From NCBI GenBank assembly GCA_963666315.2, contig CAXXHG010000043.1:32001-96000 (forward strand): a stretch of DNA of 64,000 nucleotides. The letters run 5' to 3'. Below are positions 38,957 to 48,282 of the stretch, one piece after another (position 1 is the first letter of the stretch; every line of letters begins with the position of its first letter). Position numbers and translations under genes: made by a program. The notes under the pieces are model-generated. The model saw only the letters and a list, made by a program, of their open reading frames with translations. It searched no databases and was not told where the DNA came from. The stretch is from Candidatus Binatia bacterium. GTDB taxonomy: Bacteria > Desulfobacterota > Binatia > Bin18.

Positions 38957-40216
38957 CTACAGCTTCCCCGCCTCGCGCAGCTCCTTCACCCGCTCTTCTT
39001 GGATAAGCACCCCCTCCGCATACAGCGTAGCGATCTGCTCGTCGGTATAGGATAGGTCTTCTTGAAGAACCTCTTCATTATGCTCACCAAGAAATGGAGC
39101 GCGGAACGGGATCTCGACGTCCGCATTCGAAAAATGAAACGGCGATTTGGCGACCGGTGTTGAGCCGAGCAGCGGATGCGGCAGGTCTTGGAACAACCCG
39201 CGCGCTTTCAGCTGGGGATGCGCCGCTGCTGCGGGGATATCCAGAATAGGCGCGGAGGGCACCCGTGCTTCAAGCAAAATTTTCAGCGGCGTTTCGTCAT
39301 CTTCAAATCTTTGCAGCCAGTCTTCGATATATTCGCGGACTTCAGCCCGGCGCTGTAAACGGTCGGCCATAGTGGCGTAGCGTTCGTCAGTCTCTAATTC
39401 GGGCTTGCCCATGGCCTTGGTTAAGGCCGGCCACTGGTGTTCGACGACGGCAAGAACGACATAACCCTTTTTGGCCTTGTACACACCGTACGGGCAGACG
39501 TTAAAAAAGTCTCCGCCAAAACGCTGCGGGACGATCTCGCCTTGGCTCATCATATACAGCGGGAAGTTAATATAATCCAAATAGACCAGGGATTCGAGCT
39601 GCGATATGTCGATAAATTGCCCCTCGCCAGTCATGGCACGACTAAACAACGCCGCGCAAATCGCCAGCGCGCCATGAATGCCGGCATTCGGGTCACCGAA
39701 ATAGTTGCCGACATAGGTTGGTGGGCCGTCCGGCTGACCGGTCATGGCCATCACCCCGCTCTGCGCCTGGGCGATAATGTCAAAGCTGGTATGCTTGGCG
39801 TACGGGCCATCCTGCCCGTAGCCCGACACCGAGCACATGATTAGTTTGGAGTTGAGTTCTTTGAGGGTGTCATAATCCAACCCATTCCGTGCCATGACCC
39901 CAGGACTATAATTCTCAACCACCACATCGGCCTGACGCACCAGCGCGTATACGATTTCTTTTCCCTTGGGATGTTTGATCTCAACACACACACTTTTCTT
40001 GCCCGCGCAGGCAGCGATAAAGAACGCGCTTTGGCCATGATCGACAAGATGGATTTTCCGACCCAGGTCACCGCTGGGTGTGCGTTCAATCTTGATGACA
40101 TCCGCACCCAGGTCGGCCAGAATCCGGGTGGCAGATGGACCGGCCAGATATTGGGTGAAGTCGAGCACTTTTATACCGGCGAGTAATTTCTTCGAGCCCT
40201 TTGTGTTCTGAGCCAT
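38957..40216 (-). CDS. Class III CoA-transferase (CaiB/BaiF)
   Basis: GIKVLDFTQYLAGP, LADLGADVIKIE, VVENYSPG, SGYGQDGP. Confidence 0.92.
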   Translation of the reverse strand: MAQNTKGSKKLLAGIKVLDFTQYLAGPSATRILADLGADVIKIERTPSGDLGRKIHLVDHGQSAFFIAACAGKKSVCVEIKHPKGKEIVYALVRQADVVVENYSPGVMARNGLDYDTLKELNSKLIMCSVSGYGQDGPYAKHTSFDIIAQAQSGVMAMTGQPDGPPTYVGNYFGDPNAGIHGALAICAALFSRAMTGEGQFIDISQLESLVYLDYINFPLYMMSQGEIVPQRFGGDFFNVCPYGVYKAKKGYVVLAVVEHQWPALTKAMGKPELETDERYATMADRLQRRAEVREYIEDWLQRFEDDETPLKILLEARVPSAPILDIPAAAAHPQLKARGLFQDLPHPLLGSTPVAKSPFHFSNADVEIPFRAPFLGEHNEEVLQEDLSYTDEQIATLYAEGVLIQEERVKELREAGKL

Positions 40217-40396
40217 ATCCCCTCCTGTACGTATCTGCGTGAGGCGCGTGCATGAGAGATTGTGGCTGATTGGTGAATACTTGACAATGCTCTACGTAAC
40301 AGCGTGCAGGAAACTCTCTGCTCGCTTGACTCTATACGCCTGTGGCCTACGATGAGGCCCAGCACGCGCGAATGAGATATGTGAGTGTGTTCAAGT

Positions 40397-41068
40397 ATGC
40401 GTCTAACACTTCTGAGACCTGTGACATTCGGCTGCTTCGGCCTCGTGCTGATACTCTCCGCCTCTTTCTCTTCCGGCGTTTCGGCGACCGTCTACGAGTG
40501 GCGGAGTCCAAACGGCAGCCGTCATTTTAGTAATGATGTCGCGACTGTGCCAGAGGATAAACGAGATGCCGCACGGACGTTTATCTCAAGGTTCGCAGGT
40601 AAACAAACTGAAGCGTCTCCCTCGCCGCTGCCTGCCAATCGCGCCCAAGATTCAGCCGCTCTGCAAGCAGATATTGCGCGTATTGCCGCATACGAGCGCG
40701 GCCTTGAACGCGGTTTACAGACCGCAGAACGCCAGGTGCGGATGGCCGCAGAGCTAGCCCGGACGATATTAGCAGCCGTCCCGCGCCGTCCGCCTATCCA
40801 GATCATTATTCGCCAGTCCGCGCCACAGGTCCGCCATGTTTATTCTCATGACCCTGCCCCCTTCTACTGTTTTATCAGCCCGTATGGTCCCTACCACTCC
40901 AGTCACTTTCCGTACCGGAGCTATTCGTACGGCTTTCGGCAGGGACGTTTTATCTCGTATTCGCATCTGTCACCGTCTCGCCGCCGTAGACATCGTGGCA
41001 TCTTCTTTCCGCGCGGACATCAGTCAAGAGACGGCTTCCTGTTTGGACATGGCTTTGTTGTGCGTTAA
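40397..41068 (+). CDS. DUF4124-domain exported protein
   Basis: Signal peptide, then VYEWRSPNGSRHFSN; low-complexity tail. Confidence 0.65.
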   Translation: MRLTLLRPVTFGCFGLVLILSASFSSGVSATVYEWRSPNGSRHFSNDVATVPEDKRDAARTFISRFAGKQTEASPSPLPANRAQDSAALQADIARIAAYERGLERGLQTAERQVRMAAELARTILAAVPRRPPIQIIIRQSAPQVRHVYSHDPAPFYCFISPYGPYHSSHFPYRSYSYGFRQGRFISYSHLSPSRRRRHRGIFFPRGHQSRDGFLFGHGFVVR

Positions 41069-41140
41069 AAGAACAGCCCACCGAAACGAACCTTTAGAAG
41101 CAAGCATCCAAGAGGGAAAAGAAAGCAGAAAGGATACGTC

Positions 41141-42115
41141 ATGTTGATTCGCACCCGGCACGGTTGGGAAATCCCTGAGCGCACGGCAACCCCGGAGGAC
41201 GTCTACCTCAACCGGCGTAAATTTCTACAGGCGCTGGGCATTGCCGGCATCAGTACGCTCGGCAGCCTCTCCGGCTGCGAAAGCTCAGGCGCGGACGAGC
41301 AAACCGCGATTCCAGGCATGCCTGAACCAAGCCCGACCGCCGACCTGTATCCGGCCAAGCGCAACGAGCGGTTTACCCTGGACCATCCCCTCACGACCGA
41401 AATAGACGCTGCGAATTACAATAACTTCTACGAATTCAGCTCGCGTAAAGAACTCGTCGCCCGTTTGGTTGAGCGGTTTCAGACCCGCCCGTGGCAGATC
41501 GAAGTGACCGGTCTCGTGCAGAAGCCCCAGACCTTTGATATCGACGACTTGGTTCGCAAAATGCCGCTCGAAGAGCGCCTCTACCGCCACCGTTGTGTCG
41601 AAGCGTGGTCAATGGCCGTGCCCTGGACGGGCTTTCCCATGAAAGCGCTTGTTGACCTCGTCCAACCCCTCTCGTCAGCCAAGCATCTGCGCATCCTCAC
41701 CTTCAACAACCCGGAACAGGCACCCGGCTTGCGCAATGACACCTACCCCTGGCCGTATTTTGAAGGTTTGACCATGGCCGAAGCCACAAACGATCTAGCA
41801 CTCTTTGTGACCGGCATCTACGGCCATGAGCTGACCAAACAGCATGGTGCCCCGATTCGGATCGTGCTGCCGTGGAAGTATGGTTATAAGAGCATCAAGT
41901 CGATCGTGCGTGTGGAGTTTGTCGAGCAACAACCCAAGACCTTCTGGAATACGCTGATTCCTTGGGAGTACAACTACGTTGCGAATGTGAATCCTGCTAT
42001 TCCGCATCCACGTTGGTCGCAGGCTAGTGAGCGCATCTTGGGGACGAGAGAAGTCCGAGCGACCCTGCCCTACAACGGCTATGGGGAGTTTGTCGCCCAA
42101 CTGTATAAGACGTAA
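41141..42115 (+). CDS. msrP: Periplasmic protein-methionine-sulfoxide reductase, molybdoenzyme subunit
   Basis: Tat signal NRRKFL, YNNFYEF, HRCVEAWS (Mo Cys), HGAPIR.V.PWKYG.KSIK, HPRWSQASER. Confidence 0.95.
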   Translation: MLIRTRHGWEIPERTATPEDVYLNRRKFLQALGIAGISTLGSLSGCESSGADEQTAIPGMPEPSPTADLYPAKRNERFTLDHPLTTEIDAANYNNFYEFSSRKELVARLVERFQTRPWQIEVTGLVQKPQTFDIDDLVRKMPLEERLYRHRCVEAWSMAVPWTGFPMKALVDLVQPLSSAKHLRILTFNNPEQAPGLRNDTYPWPYFEGLTMAEATNDLALFVTGIYGHELTKQHGAPIRIVLPWKYGYKSIKSIVRVEFVEQQPKTFWNTLIPWEYNYVANVNPAIPHPRWSQASERILGTREVRATLPYNGYGEFVAQLYKT

Positions 42116-42116
42116 G

Positions 42117-43184
42117 ATGGGGACGAGGCGGAAGGGACTAGGGATTGGTTTTTACTTCTGCCTGATCGCTTTTTCAGCGCTTGCCTCGTGTTCGGTTCCG
42201 GCTGATCGTACGCCGGAGATGAATCCCGACCCATCGCTGTTATACGCCGCCCACGGCCAACCCGGTGCGTGGTTTAATCCGTGGCGCGCGTGGAATAAGA
42301 GCTATACCGACCTGTTCCGCTGGACCGTGTCGCGCAGCGCCTATACCGGCCAGCGGCGTGATCCGCCCGAAGTGCCTCGGGTAGAAAATGACGGCAGCTC
42401 GTTTGCCACACAAGAAAACTCGGCTGCCGTCACCTGGGTGGGCCATTCGACCTTTGCCGTTCATGACGGACCAGACGTATTTCTGACGGATCCGCACTTT
42501 GGCAAACGCGCCCTCCTGCCCGCACGCCACCATCCGCCCGGGGTCCCTATCTCAGCAATTCCGGACAACGCCTTCGCCGTGGTGTCCCACAACCACTACG
42601 ACCATCTGGATGCGTATACAGTCGAGAACCTGCCCCAGTCGGTCACTTGGTTTGTACCTCTGGGATTAGATAAATGGATCGAAAAAAAAGGGCGGAAAGC
42701 CGTCGAATTGGACTGGTGGCAAACGGCGCAGCACGGCCGCTGGAAAGTGACCTGTGTGCCCGTTCAGCACTGGTCACAGCGTATCGACCAGTGGCAGAAT
42801 TCAACCCTGTGGTGCGGCTGGGTCATTGCTAATGACGAACGGACCTATTTCTTCGCCGGCGATACCGGCTATTTTCACGGCTTTACCGAGATCGCCAAAA
42901 AGTTCGGCCCGATCGACGTGGCCATGCTGCCCATCGGGGCGTATGAACCGCGCTGGATCATGCATTACTCTCATTTGAACCCGACGGAGGCGTATCAGGC
43001 CTTTCACGACCTCAAGGCGCGTTGGATGCTGCCCGGTCACTGGGGTACCTTCCCACTCACGGATGAACCGATAGACGAACCACCACGCGAACTCCGGCGG
43101 GTTATTGAGCAAGCCGGCGGGACACTCGAGCCGATTAAGATTTTCGCGATCGGCGAGCGGTGGAAGATTCCGGAAGGGCGGTAG
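42117..43184 (+). CDS. MBL-fold hydrolase, NAPE-PLD/RomA-like lipoprotein
   Basis: Lipobox LASC, TWVGHST, SHNHYDHLD, FAGDTGY, LPIGAYEP, HWGTF.L.DE. Confidence 0.88.
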   Translation: MGTRRKGLGIGFYFCLIAFSALASCSVPADRTPEMNPDPSLLYAAHGQPGAWFNPWRAWNKSYTDLFRWTVSRSAYTGQRRDPPEVPRVENDGSSFATQENSAAVTWVGHSTFAVHDGPDVFLTDPHFGKRALLPARHHPPGVPISAIPDNAFAVVSHNHYDHLDAYTVENLPQSVTWFVPLGLDKWIEKKGRKAVELDWWQTAQHGRWKVTCVPVQHWSQRIDQWQNSTLWCGWVIANDERTYFFAGDTGYFHGFTEIAKKFGPIDVAMLPIGAYEPRWIMHYSHLNPTEAYQAFHDLKARWMLPGHWGTFPLTDEPIDEPPRELRRVIEQAGGTLEPIKIFAIGERWKIPEGR

Positions 43185-43204
43185 GGGCGCAGCAGGCTGC
43201 ATCA

Positions 43205-43323
43205 GTCACAACTTAAGCCTTAGTCGGGTTGCTCGGCGTTCTACCCCCTCCTTGGAGGGGAGAAGCTCGCTGACGCTGCCACTCCGTTCCTTCGCTGACA
43301 GCTCATTCTACTTAAATTGGGAC
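43205..43323. repeat. MITE-like element with 13-bp imperfect terminal inverted repeats
   Basis: GTCACAACTTAAG at the left end versus CTTAAATTGGGAC (rc GTCCCAATTTAAG) at the right; internal hairpin CCCCTCC-TT-GGAGGGG. Confidence 0.5.
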
Positions 43324-43348
43324 AAGTGAGCATGCTACGCCGGTCCAA

Positions 43349-44293
43349 TTACTGGGCAAACGTCTCAATCGCCTTTTGCACCGCTTGGGCGTAGGTCTGG
43401 TCTGCCACCGGCACAGGGTTGAGAATCGGCATCTGGATGCCGGCTTCGCGAAGGGCAGCTAGTTGTTCCCGGCAGCGGACAGGCGGACCGATCACTGACA
43501 GTTCATCCGCCATTTTATTCGTAGCCCCCTGCCTTCCACCGCCTACGAGTTTCGCCGCTTCGGCCTCAAATCCACTATCGTGAAAAAGCTTATTATAAAA
43601 CGGCAGGCCGCCATAAAAGCCCAGATTGGCTTTTGCCGTTTCCATGGCGGCATCCATATCGTCGTGTATGCAGGACGGAATGCCGGTGGTGATATCGATG
43701 TCTGAAACCGGGCGGCCGGCTTTGGCAGCCCCTTTCTCGACCGCGGCCAAGGCGGTGGGAATGCGACTCTTGGGACACAGATACAGCATGACGCCATCGG
43801 CAAGCTCACCACTCAAGGCAACCGTGCCCAAAGCCAGCGCCCCAATATAGATCGGAATGTGATTCACCGCCGCACGCGGTTGCATGGCCATGCCGGGCAG
43901 CTCTTTGCCCGCCGCCATATCACGGATCGCGCCGATATACTGGCGCATAAAGTTGCGCGGCTTTTCCATTTTTTCTTGGTACAGCCCTTCAACAATGGGT
44001 CGGTGACTCACCCCAAGGCCCAAAATCAGCCGGCCGTGCGAGGTGTCATCAATGGCGATGGCCGTTTGCGCACACAACGCCGCGTGACGCAGATAGATGT
44101 TCGCAATCCAGGTGCCGACCTTAATCCGCGAGGTGGCCTGGGCCATAATCTGGCAGTTGATCAAAGAATCGTTCATAAATTCCGGCGAAAAAATAGCCTC
44201 AAATCCGGCCGACTCAGCACTCTTGGCCAAGTCTTGTAACTCCGGAAACGTGAGTCCGGACATATTGGCGGCAACCACTCCGATACGGGCCAT
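43349..44293 (-). CDS. LLM-class (likely F420-dependent) oxidoreductase
   Basis: AE..GFE, ATSRIKVGT.IANI, GRLILGLGVSH, IPIYIGAL, GELADG. Confidence 0.88.
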   Translation of the reverse strand: MARIGVVAANMSGLTFPELQDLAKSAESAGFEAIFSPEFMNDSLINCQIMAQATSRIKVGTWIANIYLRHAALCAQTAIAIDDTSHGRLILGLGVSHRPIVEGLYQEKMEKPRNFMRQYIGAIRDMAAGKELPGMAMQPRAAVNHIPIYIGALALGTVALSGELADGVMLYLCPKSRIPTALAAVEKGAAKAGRPVSDIDITTGIPSCIHDDMDAAMETAKANLGFYGGLPFYNKLFHDSGFEAEAAKLVGGGRQGATNKMADELSVIGPPVRCREQLAALREAGIQMPILNPVPVADQTYAQAVQKAIETFAQ

Positions 44294-44390
44294 AACACTC
44301 TCCTTTTGCTTGTGATGGAAACACCTTAGTGCGAGGCGTACTATATCATCTCACTCGTCAAAGACAAAGACAGTAGGGAGGCTCGAAACA

Positions 44391-44730
44391 ATGGCACAGA
44401 CTGCAACCGTTACCGTTATTCGTGCGAACGCTATCTGGACCGGCGGCACTGACCCAAAGATGCACTAGCGCCGCGACCTCGTCATCGAAGACGGCATCAA
44501 GGACGAGTACAAGGGCCACGTTGACATCGAAATCGACGCGACCGGCTGCCTTGTGGTGCCGGGACTCGTCAACTGCCACACCCACGCCGGGTGCACGCCG
44601 CACGCGCGCGGGCTCTCTGAAGATCTCGATATCCCCGACGCCGGTGCGTTTTACCACAGCCTCATTCCCGTCCTCGGCCTGTACTATACCGAGCTCAGCC
44701 ACGAGGAGTTCGCCGCCATCATGGAGTGGG
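44391..44730 (+). pseudogene. Amidohydrolase N-terminal remnant
   Basis: GGAGG + ATG 44391, in-frame TAG at 44466-68, then DATGCLVVPGLVNCHTH (HxH metal motif); truncated after about 110 codons. Confidence 0.75.
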
Positions 44731-45157
44731 CGGTGGCTCGGTGCCTAAGCCAGGCGAAGTGTCGTTAACGCATCATGGCGACCTCTTTCTCGATGAGCTA
44801 TCGGAATTTCGAAAGAATGTGCTCGAAGTCCTGCGCCAACCGCGCGAAGACGCCCACGTGACGATCTCGCGTACAGTCGGATCCATTACCTATCCAGCCG
44901 ACATTATGTTGGTGACTGCCATGAATCCGTGCCAATGCGGATTTTTCGGTGACCCGCAGCACGACTGCACTTGCTCACCGCAACAGGTCCAGCGCTACCG
45001 GGCCAAGATCTCCGGCCCGCTCTTGGATCGTATCGATATTCAAGTCGAAGTCCCTGCTGTGAAGTATAAAGAGCTCAGTTATAAAACTACGGGTGAGGAT
45101 TCCGCGACAATTCGCACCAGTTGGAGCCAACGTCATCGGGTAACTTCGGAAGTCTGA
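44726..45157 (+). pseudogene. comM: Internal fragment of ComM/YifB Mg-chelatase-like ATPase
   Basis: [45 protein letters not shown]; both ends are missing and conserved residues are eroded. Confidence 0.85.
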
Positions 45158-45180
45158 AGGATTTAATCGGTGGATTGAGC

Positions 45181-45210
45181 AAAGAAAAAGAGGGGCTCAG
45201 GATGAGCCCC
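45181..45210 (-). terminator. Rho-independent terminator of hsp20
   Basis: On the minus strand GGGGCTC-ATCCT-GAGCCCC followed by TCTTTTTCTTT. Confidence 0.75.
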
Positions 45211-45244
45211 ATGTATGTTGGAGAGAGAAGGAGAACAGCAGTCC

Positions 45245-45730
45245 TTAGGCAGTAGCAGTCGCGTCCCCGGTTTTCACATCAACCACAATCCGTTTTGGTG
45301 TCGCGGATTCCGGCAGCGGGACAACCACCTCAAGCGTTCCATTCTTAGAGATCGCCGCTATCTTCTCAGCATCCACGCCTCTGGGCAGGACAAACGACCG
45401 TTCGAACGAACCGTACGAAATCTCTCTATGGAAATAGCCGCCTTTCTCCTCTTGGCTGTCTGCCTTGCGCTCAGCTTTGAGCGTCAGCCGGTTTCCTTCA
45501 AGCGAGACCTCAACATCTTTGGGATCAATACCTGGCAAATCCGCTTTGATGTGGATCTCATTGCCCTCGACGTAGCTGTCGATCTTGGGGGCTGATCCCG
45601 CACTCACTGGCATCCCGACCGTCGGCCAAGCACGATCGTTGTAGAGATGATTAAAGATACCCCGCGGGTCGTGTCGCCATGGATTTACGGTCACAAAAGG
45701 GCCGCGCCATACACTGAGTTCTTGTCTCAT
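45245..45730 (-). CDS. Hsp20/alpha-crystallin small heat-shock protein
   Basis: ADLPGID.KD.EV, REISYGSFERSF.LP.GVD..KI.A...NG.L; AGGAGG RBS. Confidence 0.93.
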   Translation of the reverse strand: MRQELSVWRGPFVTVNPWRHDPRGIFNHLYNDRAWPTVGMPVSAGSAPKIDSYVEGNEIHIKADLPGIDPKDVEVSLEGNRLTLKAERKADSQEEKGGYFHREISYGSFERSFVLPRGVDAEKIAAISKNGTLEVVVPLPESATPKRIVVDVKTGDATATA

Positions 45731-45871
45731 TTTTTCTACCTCCTGTCTGTTTAGTCTGTGTCTGACAAACAAAAGATAAGTACGTTGAGAGAAGAGTCAA
45801 GGGGTCATAAGAAAAATTTTGACTCGTTAAGAAAACCAATAGATCCTCGGCTCTAGAGAGCCAGCATCTTA

Positions 45872-46014
45872 GAAGTTGTTGAAAACCTGCCGCGAGCGCC
45901 GGGAAACCAAGACGCGAGGGGGTAAGAAACCGGAGTGTACGGACGAGTACATGAGGATTCTGAGGCGCCGAGCAACGCCGGTATCCTAAGCGCAGTAGGT
46001 TTTTCAACGGCTTC
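45872..46014. mobile_element. 143-bp MITE-like element with terminal inverted repeats and TTA duplication
   Basis: Left GAAGTTGTTGAAAACCT; right AGGTTTTTCAACGGCTTC (rc GAAGCCGTTGAAAAACCT); TTA at 45869-71 and 46015-17. Confidence 0.7.
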
Positions 46015-46800
46015 TTAGCTGTACTCCGGCTTCTTTGTCACACGCACGACCGTTCCAGAGATCCGAGTGTGTTGAATGCGTATCGTAATGGGTTTGCGCC
46101 TAGGCGAAGATCCTGAGGATACTTTGGTATACACAACTGTTGAGTGGATAGATTTATGCCCGAGATGATCCTGCACGTCTTCAAGCGTATGTCCGGCGTC
46201 CAGGAGATGAGCCGCAATCGAGTGGCGAAGACAGTGGCTGTGGCGCTTATGGAGTGAAATGTTTGCCTGCTCGGCATACATACGAAAAAGCCGATCGATG
46301 CGCTGGCGGCTCACCGGCCGCGCGTTGCGCGAAGGAAAAAGATAGGGCAGGCTATCGCGCCGATTTCCGACATAATCGCGCAGCAGCCGCAGATACTCAG
46401 TGGTCATGACTTTCTCCCCAGCCACGCCACTCTTCAATCGGGGAATGTGAATCTGGCGCGTTGTGAAGTTGACGTGCTCGCGCCGTAAGAGTCCGACCTC
46501 CGAGGCTCGCAGTCCGAAATAATACATCGCCGCAAACAGCACCCGATCACGCTCGTCGGTCATCTGGGCAAACAGCCGCGCAACCTCTCCACGTGTGAGG
46601 GTGACATATTTCTCACGTGCCTTTTGGTGCGCGGGTGCAGTGTCTCGTGCCGCGTCTTTCTCTTGGCGCTCTTTGCGCTCTTGACGAGCGAACGCGGCCT
46701 GCAGCTCTCGCAAATATCGAGTAACGCTTTTCCCTTGTTGCGCAGCTTGACGTGCAGCCAGCTGTAAGAGCTTTTCCTGCGGGGTCTGATAGTCTTTCAC
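46015..46800 (-). CDS. Tyrosine recombinase, FimB/FimE-like (catalytic domain plus short N-terminal helical region)
   Basis: GLRASE (R), RLK (K), HCLRH (HxxR), LGH, STVVY (Y); no core-binding domain recognisable. Confidence 0.88.
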   Translation of the reverse strand: MKDYQTPQEKLLQLAARQAAQQGKSVTRYLRELQAAFARQERKERQEKDAARDTAPAHQKAREKYVTLTRGEVARLFAQMTDERDRVLFAAMYYFGLRASEVGLLRREHVNFTTRQIHIPRLKSGVAGEKVMTTEYLRLLRDYVGNRRDSLPYLFPSRNARPVSRQRIDRLFRMYAEQANISLHKRHSHCLRHSIAAHLLDAGHTLEDVQDHLGHKSIHSTVVYTKVSSGSSPRRKPITIRIQHTRISGTVVRVTKKPEYS

Positions 46801-46839
46801 TATGGGGTCCTCAGACGGCGGCTTGCATGAGATTTTTAC

Positions 46840-47481
46840 TCACGGAATTCCTAGCAGTTTATGCGTTTGCAGACACAGCCGCCAACGCGGATGTTCGAGG
46901 CAATAGCGGAGCGCCGCTTGCGTGTTGTATGCGCGGTCCTGACCATCCATAGGCTGGAGGAAGAAGTGTTGGAACTTTAGGTGCACAAACTGTTCCGGCT
47001 CTGCTCCCGGTTGCGGAAAGATAAGCTTGAGTTCGCCGCCGTTCTTGAGCACGAGTTCCGCTCCGGCCTTGGGGCTGACGCAGATCCAATCAATGCCGGG
47101 TGGAGGAGAGATGGTACCGTTTGTTTCAATCGCGACCGCAAATCCTTGGGCATGCAATGCTACAATAAGATTTTCATCAAGCTGAAGCAGTGGCTCGCCG
47201 CCCGTACACACCACAAACGGAGACGCCGCGACCGCGTGTTGTGCCGGCCATTTGGCAGAAACGGCACCCGCCAACTCCTGAGCAGAGACGAAGCGCCCGC
47301 CCCCAGGACCATCCACACCCACAAAATCAGTATCGCAAAACTGACACACGGCTGAGGCCCGGTCCTGTTCGAGACCGGACCAGAGGTTACACCCGGCAAA
47401 ACGACAGAACACCGCCGGTCGGCCGGTATGAGCCCCTTCGCCCTGCAGGGTATAAAAAATTTCTTTTACCGCGTAACCCAT
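46840..47481 (-). CDS. queE: 7-carboxy-7-deazaguanine synthase (Cx14CxxC type)
   Basis: EIFYTLQGEG, RFAGCNLWSG...CQFCDTDF, TGGEPLLQ, ETNGT, QTHK. Confidence 0.95.
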   Translation of the reverse strand: MGYAVKEIFYTLQGEGAHTGRPAVFCRFAGCNLWSGLEQDRASAVCQFCDTDFVGVDGPGGGRFVSAQELAGAVSAKWPAQHAVAASPFVVCTGGEPLLQLDENLIVALHAQGFAVAIETNGTISPPPGIDWICVSPKAGAELVLKNGGELKLIFPQPGAEPEQFVHLKFQHFFLQPMDGQDRAYNTQAALRYCLEHPRWRLCLQTHKLLGIP

Positions 47482-47507
47482 GCGCCAACACTGTGCCTTT
47501 CACGGAC

Positions 47508-47538
47508 AAGAAAGAAGGGGCGTCGTATGACGCCCCTT
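47508..47538 (-). terminator. Rho-independent terminator after the HU gene
   Basis: AAGGGGCGTC-GTAT-GACGCCCCTT perfect 10-bp stem, with a U-rich tail on the minus strand. Confidence 0.75.
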
Positions 47539-47609
47539 GTCAGATCTAGAAGAGGGTAGAGAAAGAGATGGGGGTACCCATCCACCAGATATATAAATCT
47601 CCGAGCGCG

Positions 47610-47903
47610 CTATTTCTTCTTTTTCACTCCGAGAATTGATTCTTTAAAAACTTTTGCCGCAGTAAAGGCCACTTTTTTACGAGCCGGAATTTTGAGCGGC
47701 TCCCCGGTTTGCGGGTTTCGTCCGATTCTCGCTTTTAACTGGCGCAACCGAAAGGTACCCAAATTCGGGATTTTGAGCTCTTTGTCTTTCTTCACCGTCT
47801 TGGTAACAAACGCGACAAAGGCATCCAGGTTCTCGGCTGCCTGGCGGTTCGGGATATCTCCCCACGTCTCGGCGAGCTTTTTGACCATCTCTGATTTTGT
47901 CAT
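47610..47903 (-). CDS. hup: HU-family DNA-binding protein
   Basis: MTKSE, LGTF.....KARIGRNPQTGE.LKIPA.K.V.F; AAGGAGG RBS. Confidence 0.93.
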   Translation of the reverse strand: MTKSEMVKKLAETWGDIPNRQAAENLDAFVAFVTKTVKKDKELKIPNLGTFRLRQLKARIGRNPQTGEPLKIPARKKVAFTAAKVFKESILGVKKKK

Positions 47904-47921
47904 GATACCAACCTCCTTACC

Positions 47922-48282
47922 TCATAGGGTTCTGTATTGCGTCCCACATCAAGGAGTCGAGGGATCTGGCGACCAGAAGCCCCACGACTCGCCACCGGCC
48001 TACTCCTCTAGGTCACTTCTCTTCTTGACAGCCTCCTCTCGTTACCTCCACATGAACAACCTATGACAGCATATTCCTAACACCAGAAATAGCGGAGAGC
48101 AGCAGGGGTATATCAGGATAGGACCAATATCAGACCAGGCGCTCTTCTCGACTGTGTCGCATCAGGTCACGTTAGGGACATTGAAGGCTTCGACTTCGTG
48201 CCATAGCTGCCTGAGGCTAGACGCGAAGCGCAGCCGCTACCATCCCGGGCCTGAGCCGTACGGACCCCCACTCTCCACCATC
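47922..48282 (-). ncRNA. Putative structured RNA or long 5' leader upstream of HU (family unassigned)
   Basis: Two domains closed by long-range stems (48282-64 with 48109-088; 48066-58 with 47931-22), internal hairpins, G-U pairs favouring the minus strand, and TTGACA-N17-TAAAAG just upstream. Confidence 0.5.

Noticed and set aside
46840-47481. queE next to a recombinase as a sign of a dpd (7-deazaguanine DNA modification) island
   Set aside because: No dpdA/tgt-like, queC, queD or folE genes nearby; it looks like housekeeping queE downstream of HU.
47922-47960. GGGACGCAA and ACAGAACCC resembling c-di-GMP-I riboswitch or RNase P RNA fragments
   Set aside because: The other required motifs (GGCAAAC with GNRA-capped P2; GAGGAAAGTCC) are absent.
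48088-48280. Plus-strand ...CTCTCCACCA end pairing with GGAGAG, suggesting tRNA or tmRNA
   Set aside because: No T-loop (GTTCRA), no G3-U70 pair and no tag ORF. The stem has C-A mismatches on plus that become G-U pairs on minus.
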